From an uncultured Verrucomicrobiae bacterium (GTDB lineage: Bacteria > Verrucomicrobiota > Verrucomicrobiia > Chthoniobacterales > UBA10450), in contig CAVWPA010000001.1 in assembly GCA_963756875.1 (NCBI GenBank), forward strand, positions 512,001 through 576,000: a stretch of 64,000 nt of DNA. Direction: 5' to 3'. The position numbers and the translations under genes were made by a program. Positions within the stretch are counted from its first letter, which is position 1, and each line of letters starts with the position of its first letter. The notes under the pieces were generated by a model, which worked only from the letters and a program-made list of their open reading frames with translations, did no database searches and was not told the origin of the DNA. Of the stretch, positions 38,399-48,876 are shown piece by piece.

Positions 38399-38652
38399 CG
38401 CTTTCGCCTTCGCGAAGCTGTTCTTCTCGAGCCGCGTTTCGGAAGTCGCCCGAGGGTCGTGCGCTTGAACTTCCTGGCGGCACGAAGAGCCGCTTTCTTC
38501 CCCCCGTAAAGGGAATCGCTGAACATCTTGGTCACTGTGTTGTTTCCGCGCAGAAAATGCACTTGGAAACCGTGGGTTTGTTTTCGCGCGCGCGCCTTGG
38601 TGTCGATGCGCCGGATGTTAGGTTCTGAAGCAGGATTACGCCGTTTTCGCAT
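38395..38652 (-). CDS. Small basic protein, AP2-like DNA-binding domain
   Basis: IRRID..HGFQV..TKMFSDSLYGGKKAALRAA pattern, very Arg/Lys rich. Confidence 0.6.
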   Translation of the reverse strand: MRKRRNPASEPNIRRIDTKARARKQTHGFQVHFLRGNNTVTKMFSDSLYGGKKAALRAARKFKRTTLGRLPKRGSRRTASRRRKR

Positions 38653-38701
38653 GAGTGTCTGCCTAACCGATAGCTGAAACCTCGCGAGAATCAACGAACG
38701 G

Positions 38702-39487
38702 TTAGTGATTTAATTTATCAGGGGCATGTGCGGCCTTGTCCGCCTTCGGCAAGTCCCAGGCGCGCCATTTCTGTTCGTACTCGCTAACCGGCAGGAGCGC
38801 GTAGCAGGGGTGACGCGCAGCACGCAGCCAGGCAACGATCCTCACCAGGTTGGATTTCGCCATCGTCGTGCAACCGGTCGTGGGATGATTGATTCCCCGC
38901 CGGACATGAAAAAAAATCGCGCTCCCGGCTCCGGGGATTGGCGGATCGGAATTATGCCGAATCTCGATGAGCCAGTGATATGCAAAGTCGCCGGAGCGCA
39001 TCTTTTCGTGTGTGTAATTGTCCGGGGGATGCTTCGGATCGATCACGATGTGCCGGTTGTAATCCGGCGATCGCGGATCGTCGCTCCAAACGTCCGCTTC
39101 GGTCACTTGATGATATGGATAATCGCCTTCGGGCGGCAATTTGGCCTCGTATCCGAAAACTTCGCCGATTTCGAAAATTCCCGCGGGGGCGCGACCGTCT
39201 CGCTCCTTCTTGTGCAGTCCGCTCTCATTTTGTCCGGCGCGGCCAATTCCCCAGGCGAGGCCGTTCTTCCCGAACAAGACAGGAAATGAAGGAGTTATCG
39301 CGACCCAGTCTGCGTCGCGCGTCCGCTCGAATAATTGCAACTGCCCGTGCATTGAGTTCCAACCAGGCGCGAGACCCAGAAGGAGTTGTGTGCAATTGTG
39401 CGGTACGCCATCGGCACGGGCATTGCTCGTGATGAGAATGAGTGCGCCGCATAAAATTCCGCGAGAGATCGACATAAACATTTTCAA
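38702..39487 (-). CDS. L,D-transpeptidase (YkuD-like) family protein
   Basis: Signal peptide, KERDGRAPAG, GSAIFFHV..TTGC catalytic His/Cys. Confidence 0.85.
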   Translation of the reverse strand: MKMFMSISRGILCGALILITSNARADGVPHNCTQLLLGLAPGWNSMHGQLQLFERTRDADWVAITPSFPVLFGKNGLAWGIGRAGQNESGLHKKERDGRAPAGIFEIGEVFGYEAKLPPEGDYPYHQVTEADVWSDDPRSPDYNRHIVIDPKHPPDNYTHEKMRSGDFAYHWLIEIRHNSDPPIPGAGSAIFFHVRRGINHPTTGCTTMAKSNLVRIVAWLRAARHPCYALLPVSEYEQKWRAWDLPKADKAAHAPDKLNH

Positions 39488-39531
39488 ACCTAGACGCGCA
39501 CTTTATTGGTTCTGTCCAACTCGATTTTTTC

Positions 39532-41361
39532 GTGAAGAAAAATTTTTCCGCGCTTCTGCTTCTGATTGTTGTCTGTGTCGTTTACGCTCCGGCTGTCCGT
39601 GACGGGTTCGTTTGGGACGACACGGCGCTGATTTTACGCGATCCCCTTATCCGAAGCTGGCGGCTAATTCCGGAAGGCTTCAATCATTTTTTGTTTGTCG
39701 ACGCGACCCCATCGGATTTTTACCGGCCGCTTCAGCGCCTCAGTTACACGATTGATTACGCGGCATTTGTATTCCGGCCCGGGCCTTACCACGCCGTGAG
39801 CGTTCTTTGGCATGTGGCTGCCGCAGTCGCGTTGTTTTTTTTCGCCGCGGAATTTCTCCGGGCCTGCGGTGTTCAAGAACGAACGCGGCGCTGGGTTGCG
39901 TTCCTGGCTGGCCTCGTCTGGGCGATTCACCCGGTGCAAAGCGCTGCCGTGGTTTACATTTCCGGCCTGGCCGATCCGCTCGCTGCAACGTTTGGTTTCC
40001 TAGGTTTGTATTTCAGCGTTCGAAGTCTGCGCGCGAACGGTCGAGGCAAACTGGTCTTTTTGATTGCCGGAGGCGTTGCATTTCTATTGAGCGCTTTGAG
40101 CAAAGAAAGCGGCCTCATTTTCCCGGTAATAGCGATCGTGTTTTTCGCGCTTAGAAAAAACTGGATCGACATCTGGAAGTCCATCGCCGTGGCAGCCTTT
40201 GTGTGCGCCATTTACTTTAGTTTGCGCGCGGGTGCCGAACAGTTTCCCACCCCCCGGTTCAACCCGTCGCCGCCACTTCTCGTCAAGCCGGTTATCATGG
40301 CGCGCGCGGCCGCCGAGTACGCCGGTTTGATTTTGCTGCCACTTCACCTGCACATGGACCGGGATGTAGAAACTCATCCCAGCGGGTTCTCGAAAGCGAG
40401 CATGAGCGGAGCCTCCTGGCGGGAACTGCAAACGCTTTTGGGGATTCTGCTCGTAGCGGCGGTCATTTATTGGATGGTGCGAACACGCAAACGTAGCCCC
40501 GCGGTGTTCGCATGTTTGTTGTTTGCAGTGATTAGCTATTTGCCGATCAGCGGCATTGTCGCGTTGAACGCCACCGTGGCAGAACATTGGATTTATCTGC
40601 CGAGCGCATTTTTCTTTCTGGCGGTGGCGATTGAAGCCGGCGCATTTTTTGAAAACTCCCGGTGGCGACGAAGACCAGCCATGGTGCTCGTGGCGTCGCT
40701 TTTATTCGCGGCATGGCTTGTGTTTCTTGGAGCGCGTACATTCATTCGGAACTTTGATTGGAAAAATCAACGGACGTTTCTTGAGCAGACCATTGCCAGC
40801 GGCGGTGACTCGGCGCGGATGCTAATCAACCTGGGCACCCTGGAGGTGAATGAAGGCAAATGGGAAGATGCCGCCGTGCACTGGCACGCAGCTCTTCAAA
40901 AGCAGCCAGACCAGCCGCTGGCCGTGCTTGATTTGGGCCTTCTCGCGTTAAAGCAAAACGATTTCAAGCTGGCCCGTCAGCTTCTGACACGCGCAACCCA
41001 AATGCCGCTGATAGACGCCCATGCAGAGGAACTTCTCGCGATTCTGGAATACAAGGAAAGCGGACATGTCGATCTGATACGGCTCCGGCTTGCAGCGCGG
41101 ACTGGTCCGCCGGATTGGTCAATCGAGAAGCGTTACATCGAAGTTCTGGATGAAAGCGGCGCCACGACGGCGGCGATCAAGGAGTTGTTTCACTGCTTGC
41201 AATCGCAATGGTATCGCGCCGAAAGCTGGCAACTCCTGAGTAAACTGTTTGCCAAACAAGGGCATCCGGACCGGGCGGCGGGCGCGCTGGCTCAGGCGCG
41301 CGCTTACGATGTTCATTTGGGCGCGCACGATGTTACCGGCGTGCACGGCACCGTTCCCTAG
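39532..41361 (+). CDS. GT-C-like (TMTC-type) membrane glycosyltransferase with C-terminal TPRs
   Basis: FVWDD, FYRPL, AIHPVQ, LSKE, AEHWIYLPS, TPR-like tail. Confidence 0.8.
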   Translation: MKKNFSALLLLIVVCVVYAPAVRDGFVWDDTALILRDPLIRSWRLIPEGFNHFLFVDATPSDFYRPLQRLSYTIDYAAFVFRPGPYHAVSVLWHVAAAVALFFFAAEFLRACGVQERTRRWVAFLAGLVWAIHPVQSAAVVYISGLADPLAATFGFLGLYFSVRSLRANGRGKLVFLIAGGVAFLLSALSKESGLIFPVIAIVFFALRKNWIDIWKSIAVAAFVCAIYFSLRAGAEQFPTPRFNPSPPLLVKPVIMARAAAEYAGLILLPLHLHMDRDVETHPSGFSKASMSGASWRELQTLLGILLVAAVIYWMVRTRKRSPAVFACLLFAVISYLPISGIVALNATVAEHWIYLPSAFFFLAVAIEAGAFFENSRWRRRPAMVLVASLLFAAWLVFLGARTFIRNFDWKNQRTFLEQTIASGGDSARMLINLGTLEVNEGKWEDAAVHWHAALQKQPDQPLAVLDLGLLALKQNDFKLARQLLTRATQMPLIDAHAEELLAILEYKESGHVDLIRLRLAARTGPPDWSIEKRYIEVLDESGATTAAIKELFHCLQSQWYRAESWQLLSKLFAKQGHPDRAAGALAQARAYDVHLGAHDVTGVHGTVP

Positions 41362-42626
41362 TCGTACACTATCCTTTGCGCAGTGGCCATCTCTATGGCG
41401 GCCGTGTCCGCCGGAAGGTATTTCATTCCGATGAGCCAAAGGACGCCTGCAACCATCATGGCTGCCGTGACCACGAGAAATGCAACATTCATGTTGGTGC
41501 GATCCGCTACCGCCCCTATGAGTGGCGGTGCGGCCGCGTCGCCCAAAAAGTGAATAATCAAAATGTTTAACGCGAAGGCGGTCGCGCGCACGGATGGATG
41601 AGTAACGTTTGCCAGCGCCGTGTTAGCCGGGCCGGTGTTAAAGAACAGGAAAAAGAGCGCTACAAACATCATTACCCACGCCAAAGGGAATGGCACCAGG
41701 ACCACCGCGGCGGAAAATGGGAATGCGATCATTACTGCAATTCCCGACACCAGAAAATAACTGCCTGCAAAGCGTTTGCGGAGCAGGTCGCCGGTGATCC
41801 CTCCGAGGAGAGTGGCCGTCAAACCGGCACTGACAAGCAGTGCGCCGAATATGATGCGACTCCCCGGAGGCAGGCCGCGATATTGCAGGTAACCGGGGAC
41901 CCAGAACGCCAGACCGCCCATCGCGAATGTGAGCGCAGTCATCGCGGCGGTGTTCCAGACGTATGACTTGATTCGTACGAGGCCGATGTAGTCGCGCAGA
42001 GTCGCGCGCCGTTTTGGTTTTGATTTTTCTGCGCGGTCGCGCGGATCGCGTCGCCAAAAGCAGGCCAGACCTAGCAGGATTCCCGGAGGTGCAACCGCGA
42101 AGAAGGCCGTTTGCCAACCCCAATGGGAGGTGATAAAACCGCCCAGCGCGTAGCCCAACGCGCTTCCCACCGGCAGCGCGACGTAAAAATACGAAAGCAC
42201 CCGCCCACGCAGCTCCAGAGGGAACAAATCGGAAATGATTGTCGGCGCAGCGGGCCCGTAACCGCCTTCGCCCACGCCCACGAGAAGGCGCATCATTAAC
42301 AATACTGCGAATGTGGCGGCGAGACCTGATGCCGCCGTCGCGCCGCTCCAGAGAATCACGCCAATGCCGATGAGTACCCAGCGAGAGGTCCGGTCCGCGA
42401 GCCATCCGAAAATTAGCGCCGATATCGTGTAGCTGGCGAGAAAAGCGGTCCCGAGAACACCGGTCCAAAAATGTGCGTTTGGAGCCCCAGGTGCAAAGAA
42501 GTGGGCTCGAATTTCCGGCTCGACAGAGACGAGCACATACCGATCGATGTAATTAAAAAGATTGATCGCGAAGAGAAGACACAACGCCGTTCGGCTACCA
42601 GGGACAGGACGCGCATTAGTTTCCAT
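41358..42626 (-). CDS. MFS transporter, Spinster-like
   Basis: INLFNYIDR, GWLADR, RLLVGVGEG..APTIISDLFP, IHFLGDA. Confidence 0.9.
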   Translation of the reverse strand: METNARPVPGSRTALCLLFAINLFNYIDRYVLVSVEPEIRAHFFAPGAPNAHFWTGVLGTAFLASYTISALIFGWLADRTSRWVLIGIGVILWSGATAASGLAATFAVLLMMRLLVGVGEGGYGPAAPTIISDLFPLELRGRVLSYFYVALPVGSALGYALGGFITSHWGWQTAFFAVAPPGILLGLACFWRRDPRDRAEKSKPKRRATLRDYIGLVRIKSYVWNTAAMTALTFAMGGLAFWVPGYLQYRGLPPGSRIIFGALLVSAGLTATLLGGITGDLLRKRFAGSYFLVSGIAVMIAFPFSAAVVLVPFPLAWVMMFVALFFLFFNTGPANTALANVTHPSVRATAFALNILIIHFLGDAAAPPLIGAVADRTNMNVAFLVVTAAMMVAGVLWLIGMKYLPADTAAIEMATAQRIVYD

Positions 42627-42676
42627 CGATAATTGTCGATTGCAGATGGCCGGCCGATGAATGTAAACCATAAACG

Positions 42677-44878
42677 ATGCCATCGATGTCAGTTGCCGAG
42701 CGAATACTCCATTTGTTGGGCCGGCCGTTGGTGCGCTGCTTTTACCGCCTTACCGCGCTCGGGCGCGAAAATTTGCCGAGCGGCGGATTTCTTCTCCTGC
42801 CCAACCACATCACATGGATCGATGCCATTGTGCTCCAGCTCGCCTGTCGCCGACCCATCCGCTACGTTGTCGACCAGGAATTTTATCGTAAACCATTCCT
42901 GCGTCCGTTCCTGTGGCTTGTGCGCTGCATTCCGATCGATATCCGTCATTCACTCCCGGCAGTACGCGCCGCCACCGAAAAAATCACTGAGGGTGAGATT
43001 GTTTGCCTTTTTCCGGAAGGGCAGCTCGAGCGCGCCGGAACGTTGTTGCGACTGCACCGTGGCTACGAACTGATCGCACGTCACGCCGATGCGGAGGTCG
43101 TTCCGGTCTGGCTGGACCAGCTGTGGGGTTCGATTTTTTCGTTCCGGGGCGGCAAATTTTTCAGAAAATGGCCGAAACGAATCCGGTATCCCGTCACAGT
43201 TGCCTTTGGAAAACCGCTCGAAGCGAAGGCTGCGGATGTCGCCACCGTGCGCGAGCAGATGCTCAAACTCGGCGAATTTTGTTATAGCCGCAGGCCGTCG
43301 CTGGATCGCCATCTTGCGGAAGAATGCCTGCGCGGTTTGAAGCGGCGCCGATTCTCAACCGCCGTGATCGATGGGATTGATCAAAGCAAACTGAGTCGCG
43401 CACAATTACTCGGCGCGGCCGCAGCGTTAAGCCGATATCTTCGAAGCAAGTTCGCGGATGAGCGGATCGCGGTTGTTTTGCCCGCGAGCAAGGGATCGTT
43501 GGTTGCGAATCTGGCGGTGATGCTTGCAGGAAAGGTTCCGGTGGACCTCAACTTTACGATGGGAAGAGCGGCGAACGAGTCCTGCTGCAGGCGCGCCAAC
43601 CTGCGAGTCGCCATTTCGGCGGGCCCATTCATCGAGCGATTGAAGAATTTTCCCTGGCCGGAGAACATCTTGAAATTGGACATGCTCATGCCTGGCATGA
43701 AACTGCAAATCTTCTTCTGGTGGATCGCGTCGATCCTCCTCCCGACGCCGTTACTTTTGCATCTTTTGCGGGTTCCCAAAAAAGGCGGCCACTTGGAAGC
43801 GACGTTGCTTTTTACAAGCGGGAGCACGGGCGAACCCAAAGGGGTCGTACTCAGTCATCGGAATATTCTCGGGAACGTTTCGCAATTTACCGAGCTACTT
43901 GACGCTAAAAAGGACGATGCAATTCTTGCGGCGCTCCCATTTTTTCACAGTTTCGGCGCGACGGTGACGCTGTGGTATCCGCTGGTCGAAGGTGTGCGAA
44001 TTGTTACCTATCCAAATCCTCTGGAAGCGATGAAGAACGCGGCCTTGATCGAGCGATACAAGCTGACGCTTTTGCTGGCGACGCCGACTTTCCTGCGCGG
44101 TTACCTGCGAAAAGTGGAGCCGGACCAGCTCCGCAGCCTGCGGCTGGTCATAACCGGAGCCGAAAAGCTTCCTCTCGATCTTGCCAAACATTTCGAGGAG
44201 CGCTTTAAACAAAGGGTGTTTGAGGGGTACGGGCTCACCGAGACGTCGCCGGTAGTGAGTGTGAACCTGCCGGAACCGTTTCCCAAAAAGCCAGGGACGC
44301 AAGTGCAACCATCGAGTCGATTGGGTTCGGTCGGGAAGATGGCCCCGGGAATCGCGGCTGAAATTCGTGAGCCGGAAACGGACCGCAAGCTTTCGTTGCA
44401 CGAAACCGGAATGCTCTGGTTGCGCGGAGCAAATATCTTCGAAGGGTATCTGGACGATCCGGAGCGGACAGCCGAAGTTCTGCGCGAGGGCTGGCTAAAG
44501 ACGGGCGACATAGGCCGGTTCGACGAGGACGGATTTCTTTACATCGAGGGACGGCTCTCGCGTTTTTCGAAAATCGGCGGTGAAATGGTTCCACACGAAG
44601 CGATCGAGCATAAAATTCTCACTGCGCTCGATCTTGCTGGAACGGAGCAGCGCCCGATTGCTATTGTGGGTGTTCAGGATGAAGCGAAAGGCGAAGCGCT
44701 GGTGCTGCTCAGCGCAATCGACATCGATCTTGCCGATTTGCGTGCCAGACTTCACGAAGCCGGCGTTCCCAATCTCTGGATTCCGAAACAGGTCGAGCGC
44801 GTGGAATCGATTCCCGTCCTCGCGTCCGGCAAGTTGGACCTGTCTCGGTGCGTTGAACTGGCGAAGGCAGCCCGGTGA
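42677..44878 (+). CDS. aas: Aas-like 2-acyl-GPE acyltransferase/acyl-ACP synthetase
   Basis: PNHITWID and FPEG PlsC motifs, then adenylation motifs FTSGSTGEPKG, GYGLTETSP, TGD, RFSKIGGEMV. Confidence 0.88.
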   Translation: MPSMSVAERILHLLGRPLVRCFYRLTALGRENLPSGGFLLLPNHITWIDAIVLQLACRRPIRYVVDQEFYRKPFLRPFLWLVRCIPIDIRHSLPAVRAATEKITEGEIVCLFPEGQLERAGTLLRLHRGYELIARHADAEVVPVWLDQLWGSIFSFRGGKFFRKWPKRIRYPVTVAFGKPLEAKAADVATVREQMLKLGEFCYSRRPSLDRHLAEECLRGLKRRRFSTAVIDGIDQSKLSRAQLLGAAAALSRYLRSKFADERIAVVLPASKGSLVANLAVMLAGKVPVDLNFTMGRAANESCCRRANLRVAISAGPFIERLKNFPWPENILKLDMLMPGMKLQIFFWWIASILLPTPLLLHLLRVPKKGGHLEATLLFTSGSTGEPKGVVLSHRNILGNVSQFTELLDAKKDDAILAALPFFHSFGATVTLWYPLVEGVRIVTYPNPLEAMKNAALIERYKLTLLLATPTFLRGYLRKVEPDQLRSLRLVITGAEKLPLDLAKHFEERFKQRVFEGYGLTETSPVVSVNLPEPFPKKPGTQVQPSSRLGSVGKMAPGIAAEIREPETDRKLSLHETGMLWLRGANIFEGYLDDPERTAEVLREGWLKTGDIGRFDEDGFLYIEGRLSRFSKIGGEMVPHEAIEHKILTALDLAGTEQRPIAIVGVQDEAKGEALVLLSAIDIDLADLRARLHEAGVPNLWIPKQVERVESIPVLASGKLDLSRCVELAKAAR

Positions 44879-46422
44879 TGCAGGTTTCTAAACTCAAGTC
44901 CGCGCGATTCGTCGATCTTTTGTGCGCGGCGCTCCTGCTTTCGTTTGCCCTTGCGGTCGCAGCTCCCCGGTGGCGCGCCCGGGTCGATTGGCGTGACGAG
45001 GGCTTTCTCGCCTATGGCGCGGTGCGCGTGCTAAACGGCGAAATTCCGCAGCGCGATTTCGTTAGTCTGCAACCGCCTCTCTCTTTTTACTCAGCCGCCG
45101 CGGTTTTCAAGCTTTGCGGAACATCGCTCGCTTCGCTTCGCATGTTCGGCGTGGCACTTTTTCTCCTTCTACCGCTTCTTATTTACGGGATCGCTCGCAA
45201 CTTCACTGGTTCCATTCTCTCTTTGGCGGCTGCCGCTCCCGCGTGCATTCTCGGTCTTCCATATTTCAGCTTTGTGCCGCTCGCAGCCTGGCAGGGGATC
45301 ACCGCTTCATTCGTCGCCGCATTTTTTTTCGTCCCGGCAACATTATCGAAGAGGCAATGGCCCGCCTTCGTTGGCGGATTGTTCACAGCTCTCTCGATTT
45401 TTCTACGGCACGATCAGGCCGTGTATACCGTTCTGTCGATTTTCGTCCTGGTGATCGCGTTGAGGTTTGCCCGGGACGCATCCGCTTCGAGAATCAATCT
45501 GAAACGCGCGTTGCTGTTGTGGCTGGCCGGGATCGCCGTCGTCTCAATTCCATTGATCCTTTTCTGGTGGAAAATTGGGGCGCTGCCCGAGATGTTTCAG
45601 CAGCTGGTGGTGTTTCCGCTCACCACTTATCGAAAGACCAGTTCGCTGCCGTTTCCGAAATTCATTCTACACGGATCCATTCAGAACACTGCTGTCGTAA
45701 TTCTGTTCTACATTTCCCCGTTTGTTCAAGCGATCGGCGCGCTCTACCTCGTCTATGCCGTGGTCCGCAGCCGTTTTCGCCGGCGCGAAGCATTCCTTGC
45801 ATTTCTTGTCGCCTGGTCGGCGCTGTTTTATCTCCAGGCCTCGGTCCGATCGGACCAGACGCACCTTATGTTCGCGCTGCCGCCGTTTTTTCTTCTTACC
45901 GCCTTCGAGTGGTCGATTGTGCGCGAAGCAGTCGCCAACCATCGCAAAGTGGAGATGGCGCTCTCAACGGCGTTCGCGATCCTGGTCGGTTCGTTTCTCT
46001 GGATCCTCAGGCCAATCGAATTGCCCGATGTAACGCGGGATACCCAGATGGTGACACTCGAGCGCGGCGGCGTGCGCATCGAACGAGCGGACGTGGTCGT
46101 CGATTTCGTTCGCCGCCTGCAGGCCTTCGTTCCGCCGACGCGATCGATTCTGGTGCTACCGTACGAGCCGATGTTTTATTTCCTCTGCGAGCGCCGAAAC
46201 CCGACACGCTGGAACTACTTGTGGCCGGGAGATCAGACCTCACGGGATTACGAGCGCTTGATCGAAGAGGCGGAACGCGATCCGCCTGCGGTGGTATTGC
46301 TCTCGCAGCAGCGCGAAGTTACCAAATATGCGCCTGCCATTGTCGAATACGTTCAGGCGCACTACATTCACACTGATGATGTCGGTGATATTGCTATCTA
46401 CGTTCGTCCCAAGACCGACTGA
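44875..46422 (+). CDS. Polytopic membrane protein, GT-C/ArnT-like glycosyltransferase
   Basis: DEG..YG..RVLNGEIPQRDF..QPPL motif after the first TM, many TMs. Confidence 0.7.
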   Translation: MMQVSKLKSARFVDLLCAALLLSFALAVAAPRWRARVDWRDEGFLAYGAVRVLNGEIPQRDFVSLQPPLSFYSAAAVFKLCGTSLASLRMFGVALFLLLPLLIYGIARNFTGSILSLAAAAPACILGLPYFSFVPLAAWQGITASFVAAFFFVPATLSKRQWPAFVGGLFTALSIFLRHDQAVYTVLSIFVLVIALRFARDASASRINLKRALLLWLAGIAVVSIPLILFWWKIGALPEMFQQLVVFPLTTYRKTSSLPFPKFILHGSIQNTAVVILFYISPFVQAIGALYLVYAVVRSRFRRREAFLAFLVAWSALFYLQASVRSDQTHLMFALPPFFLLTAFEWSIVREAVANHRKVEMALSTAFAILVGSFLWILRPIELPDVTRDTQMVTLERGGVRIERADVVVDFVRRLQAFVPPTRSILVLPYEPMFYFLCERRNPTRWNYLWPGDQTSRDYERLIEEAERDPPAVVLLSQQREVTKYAPAIVEYVQAHYIHTDDVGDIAIYVRPKTD

Positions 46423-46481
46423 TTTTGTGCCGCGGCCGCGCGCAATGGCACTTGATTCTGGATCGATAACGCAGATCAGCG

Positions 46482-47009
46482 GTGAATTCTCCCGACGAAC
46501 AGATCTCGCAATTGCGCGCGGCCATCGCTGCGCAAGAAGCAATGCGAGGCACTCTTGGCGATGCGACTGTCGAGTTAGGCCTCAAACCTCTTCGCAACCT
46601 GCTTGATTCGCTTCTGGCCGAGCAAGCGACCCGGGCCAGTGAATCCTTGCGGGACGAACTGCTCGCGCAATTGCAGAGTTACATTCCCCAACAGCTTGCC
46701 AATAAGATCCGGGCAAGCGGCCATGTCGAAGGTGAGCGGCGTCCGGTCACCGTTGTATTCGCCGATGTCTTCGGCTTCACTGCTCTGTCGGAAAAACTCG
46801 ATCCGGAAGACGTTGCATCGCTGATGAACGATTGCCTCAAGGAACTGGTCGACGCCGTTTATCAATACGAGGGGATGGTCGACAAATTCATCGGCGATTG
46901 CATCATGGCCGTGTTTGGCGCTCCCATCGCGCTGGAAGATGATGCCGAGCGGGCGTTACGTGCTGCGTTCTCGTGGGTACTGCGCAGAACCCCCGTTATG
47001 GTAGTCTGA
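46482..47009 (+). pseudogene. Truncated class III adenylate/guanylate cyclase
   Basis: GERRPVTVVFADV.GFT, KFIGDCIMAVFGAP..EDDAERA, then ends before the GxxxG and GDxVNxAAR half. Confidence 0.75.
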
Positions 47010-47052
47010 AAACTTCGTCTGACGATAAAACAACGCAAGGTCATCTAATCCG

Positions 47053-48876
47053 ATGAGTTTTGAGGTTCATTCCGTCGCTAATCGGGCTGCCGCGCTTTTG
47101 ATGAAGCTGCTGTTCGGTTCCCTCGGACATGTCCGCGTGTTGCGCCGCGAAAACGCAGATCATTCGGGCGGGTTTCTGCTCGCGGCGAATCATATCAGCC
47201 ATTTTGACCCGTTTATTATCTCTTCGGTGATTCGACGGAAAATCGATTGGATGGCAATGGATGAGTTTTTTCCGGTACCCGTCGTTGGTTTTCTACTGCG
47301 TGCCGTAGACGCCTTTCCTGCGAATCGGTACCGCGCTGATCGCGCCACGATCCGAACCGCGATCAATCGACTAAAAGAGGGACATATCGTCGGTCTTTTT
47401 CCCGAGGGCGGTATTCGCGACGGCACGCGCTCGCTGTTGGAAGGCGCGCCTCTGCGGCCAGGCGCAGCGACACTGGCCCACATCGCGAAAGTACCGATCG
47501 TGCCGTGCGTCATTGTCGGCAGCGATCGCCTTTACTCGAAAAAAAGCTGGCTGCCACTTCGGCGAACGCCGCTCTGGATCGCATTCGGTAATCCGATCCC
47601 GCATTTTTCGGATCTTGAAAAATCCGCGGCTCGCGAGTCTATCGAGCGCGAACTTGTCGGTGCGTTCAAGGCACTCTATGCGGAATTGCGCGAGAAGTTT
47701 TCACTGACAGCTGATGATCTGCCGCACTCGCCACGAGAGCGAATAGGGCATTGTAGGACAAGCGCATCGCCTGCCACCCGCGCAACCGGTGACCGGAGCG
47801 GTCGCCCTACAATTCCACGCGGCAAAGGAGGGCATCTGTTGCGGCGTTTGGCGGCGACCGGAATGGATGGACTCATGTGTGCGTCGATGAACTTGCTCCA
47901 GTCCCGCCACCGTCTGCATGCGCGAAGCCTGGATGAGATGGAACGCTACGTAAGCGAATGTGAAAAGCTTACACCGCGCGATTATTATGCCGTCCAGCAG
48001 AGCGCCGATCTTGCCAGCGCCCTCGGAAACGGTCCCTTCGTTAAGTGGCAGAGCCCGATAAAGACGGCATTCCCGGCGAACAATATTGCGCGAGCGGATT
48101 TTTTTCCATGCGCAAACGGTTGGAGCGCGCCGACCGTGCTGATGCTGCATGCGCTCATGTCGGCCACTCATATTGGTTATCGCCGTTGGGCGGCACACTT
48201 CAACGAGCTCGGCTGGAATGCGTGCTTTGTGCATTTGCCGTATCATTACTCGCGAGTGCCGCGCGGCTACTGGAACGGCGAACTTGCCATTACTGCAGAT
48301 CTTGTTCGCAACGCTGAGGGGCTGCGCCAGGGTGTCGTGGAAGTTCGGCAATTGATGGCGGCGATGCGTGAGCGCGGATGCCGGGAGTTTGGCGTGCTCG
48401 GGACGAGTTATGGCGGCTGGATCGGCGCGCTTCTCGCGATGGTGGAACGCGATTTTCGCTTCGTCGCATTAATGACACCCATTGTGAACGTCGAACATGC
48501 AATCTGGCAAAGTCCCGCCGCAGCCTTCATGCGGCGCGAGCTCGCTCGGGCGAAGATCGAGCCGTCGATGGTTGCGCGGCATTTTCATCTCAGTTCGCCC
48601 ACGTATAATCAGCCGCTGTGCAGCGCGGATCGTGTGTTGTTTGTAGCGGGCGAATTCGACCTGATCGCGCGACCGGAAGATGTCGAAGCCATTCATCAAA
48701 GATGGCGCGGCTCGGAACTGCTTCGCGTGCCCCAGGGGCATTTCGGCTATCGCGTGATGCGTGAAACGATCGCCCGTTTGAAAGAGCGCGAAATGGGAAT
48801 CCCGATTCTGCAGCCAATCAGGCGGCCTCAGTTTGAGCGGCAGGATCAGCCGAAGGCTTCACAGCTGGCCGATTGA
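47053..48876 (+). CDS. PlsC-type acyltransferase fused to an alpha/beta hydrolase
   Basis: NHISHFD, FPEGG; C-terminal GTSYGG nucleophile elbow, GEFD, GH. Confidence 0.85.
   Translation: MSFEVHSVANRAAALLMKLLFGSLGHVRVLRRENADHSGGFLLAANHISHFDPFIISSVIRRKIDWMAMDEFFPVPVVGFLLRAVDAFPANRYRADRATIRTAINRLKEGHIVGLFPEGGIRDGTRSLLEGAPLRPGAATLAHIAKVPIVPCVIVGSDRLYSKKSWLPLRRTPLWIAFGNPIPHFSDLEKSAARESIERELVGAFKALYAELREKFSLTADDLPHSPRERIGHCRTSASPATRATGDRSGRPTIPRGKGGHLLRRLAATGMDGLMCASMNLLQSRHRLHARSLDEMERYVSECEKLTPRDYYAVQQSADLASALGNGPFVKWQSPIKTAFPANNIARADFFPCANGWSAPTVLMLHALMSATHIGYRRWAAHFNELGWNACFVHLPYHYSRVPRGYWNGELAITADLVRNAEGLRQGVVEVRQLMAAMRERGCREFGVLGTSYGGWIGALLAMVERDFRFVALMTPIVNVEHAIWQSPAAAFMRRELARAKIEPSMVARHFHLSSPTYNQPLCSADRVLFVAGEFDLIARPEDVEAIHQRWRGSELLRVPQGHFGYRVMRETIARLKEREMGIPILQPIRRPQFERQDQPKASQLAD
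47751..47812. repeat. GTAG-type REP doublet inside the interdomain linker
   Basis: ttgtaggacaagcgcatcgcctgcc ... gaccggagcggtcgccctacaa. Confidence 0.65.
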
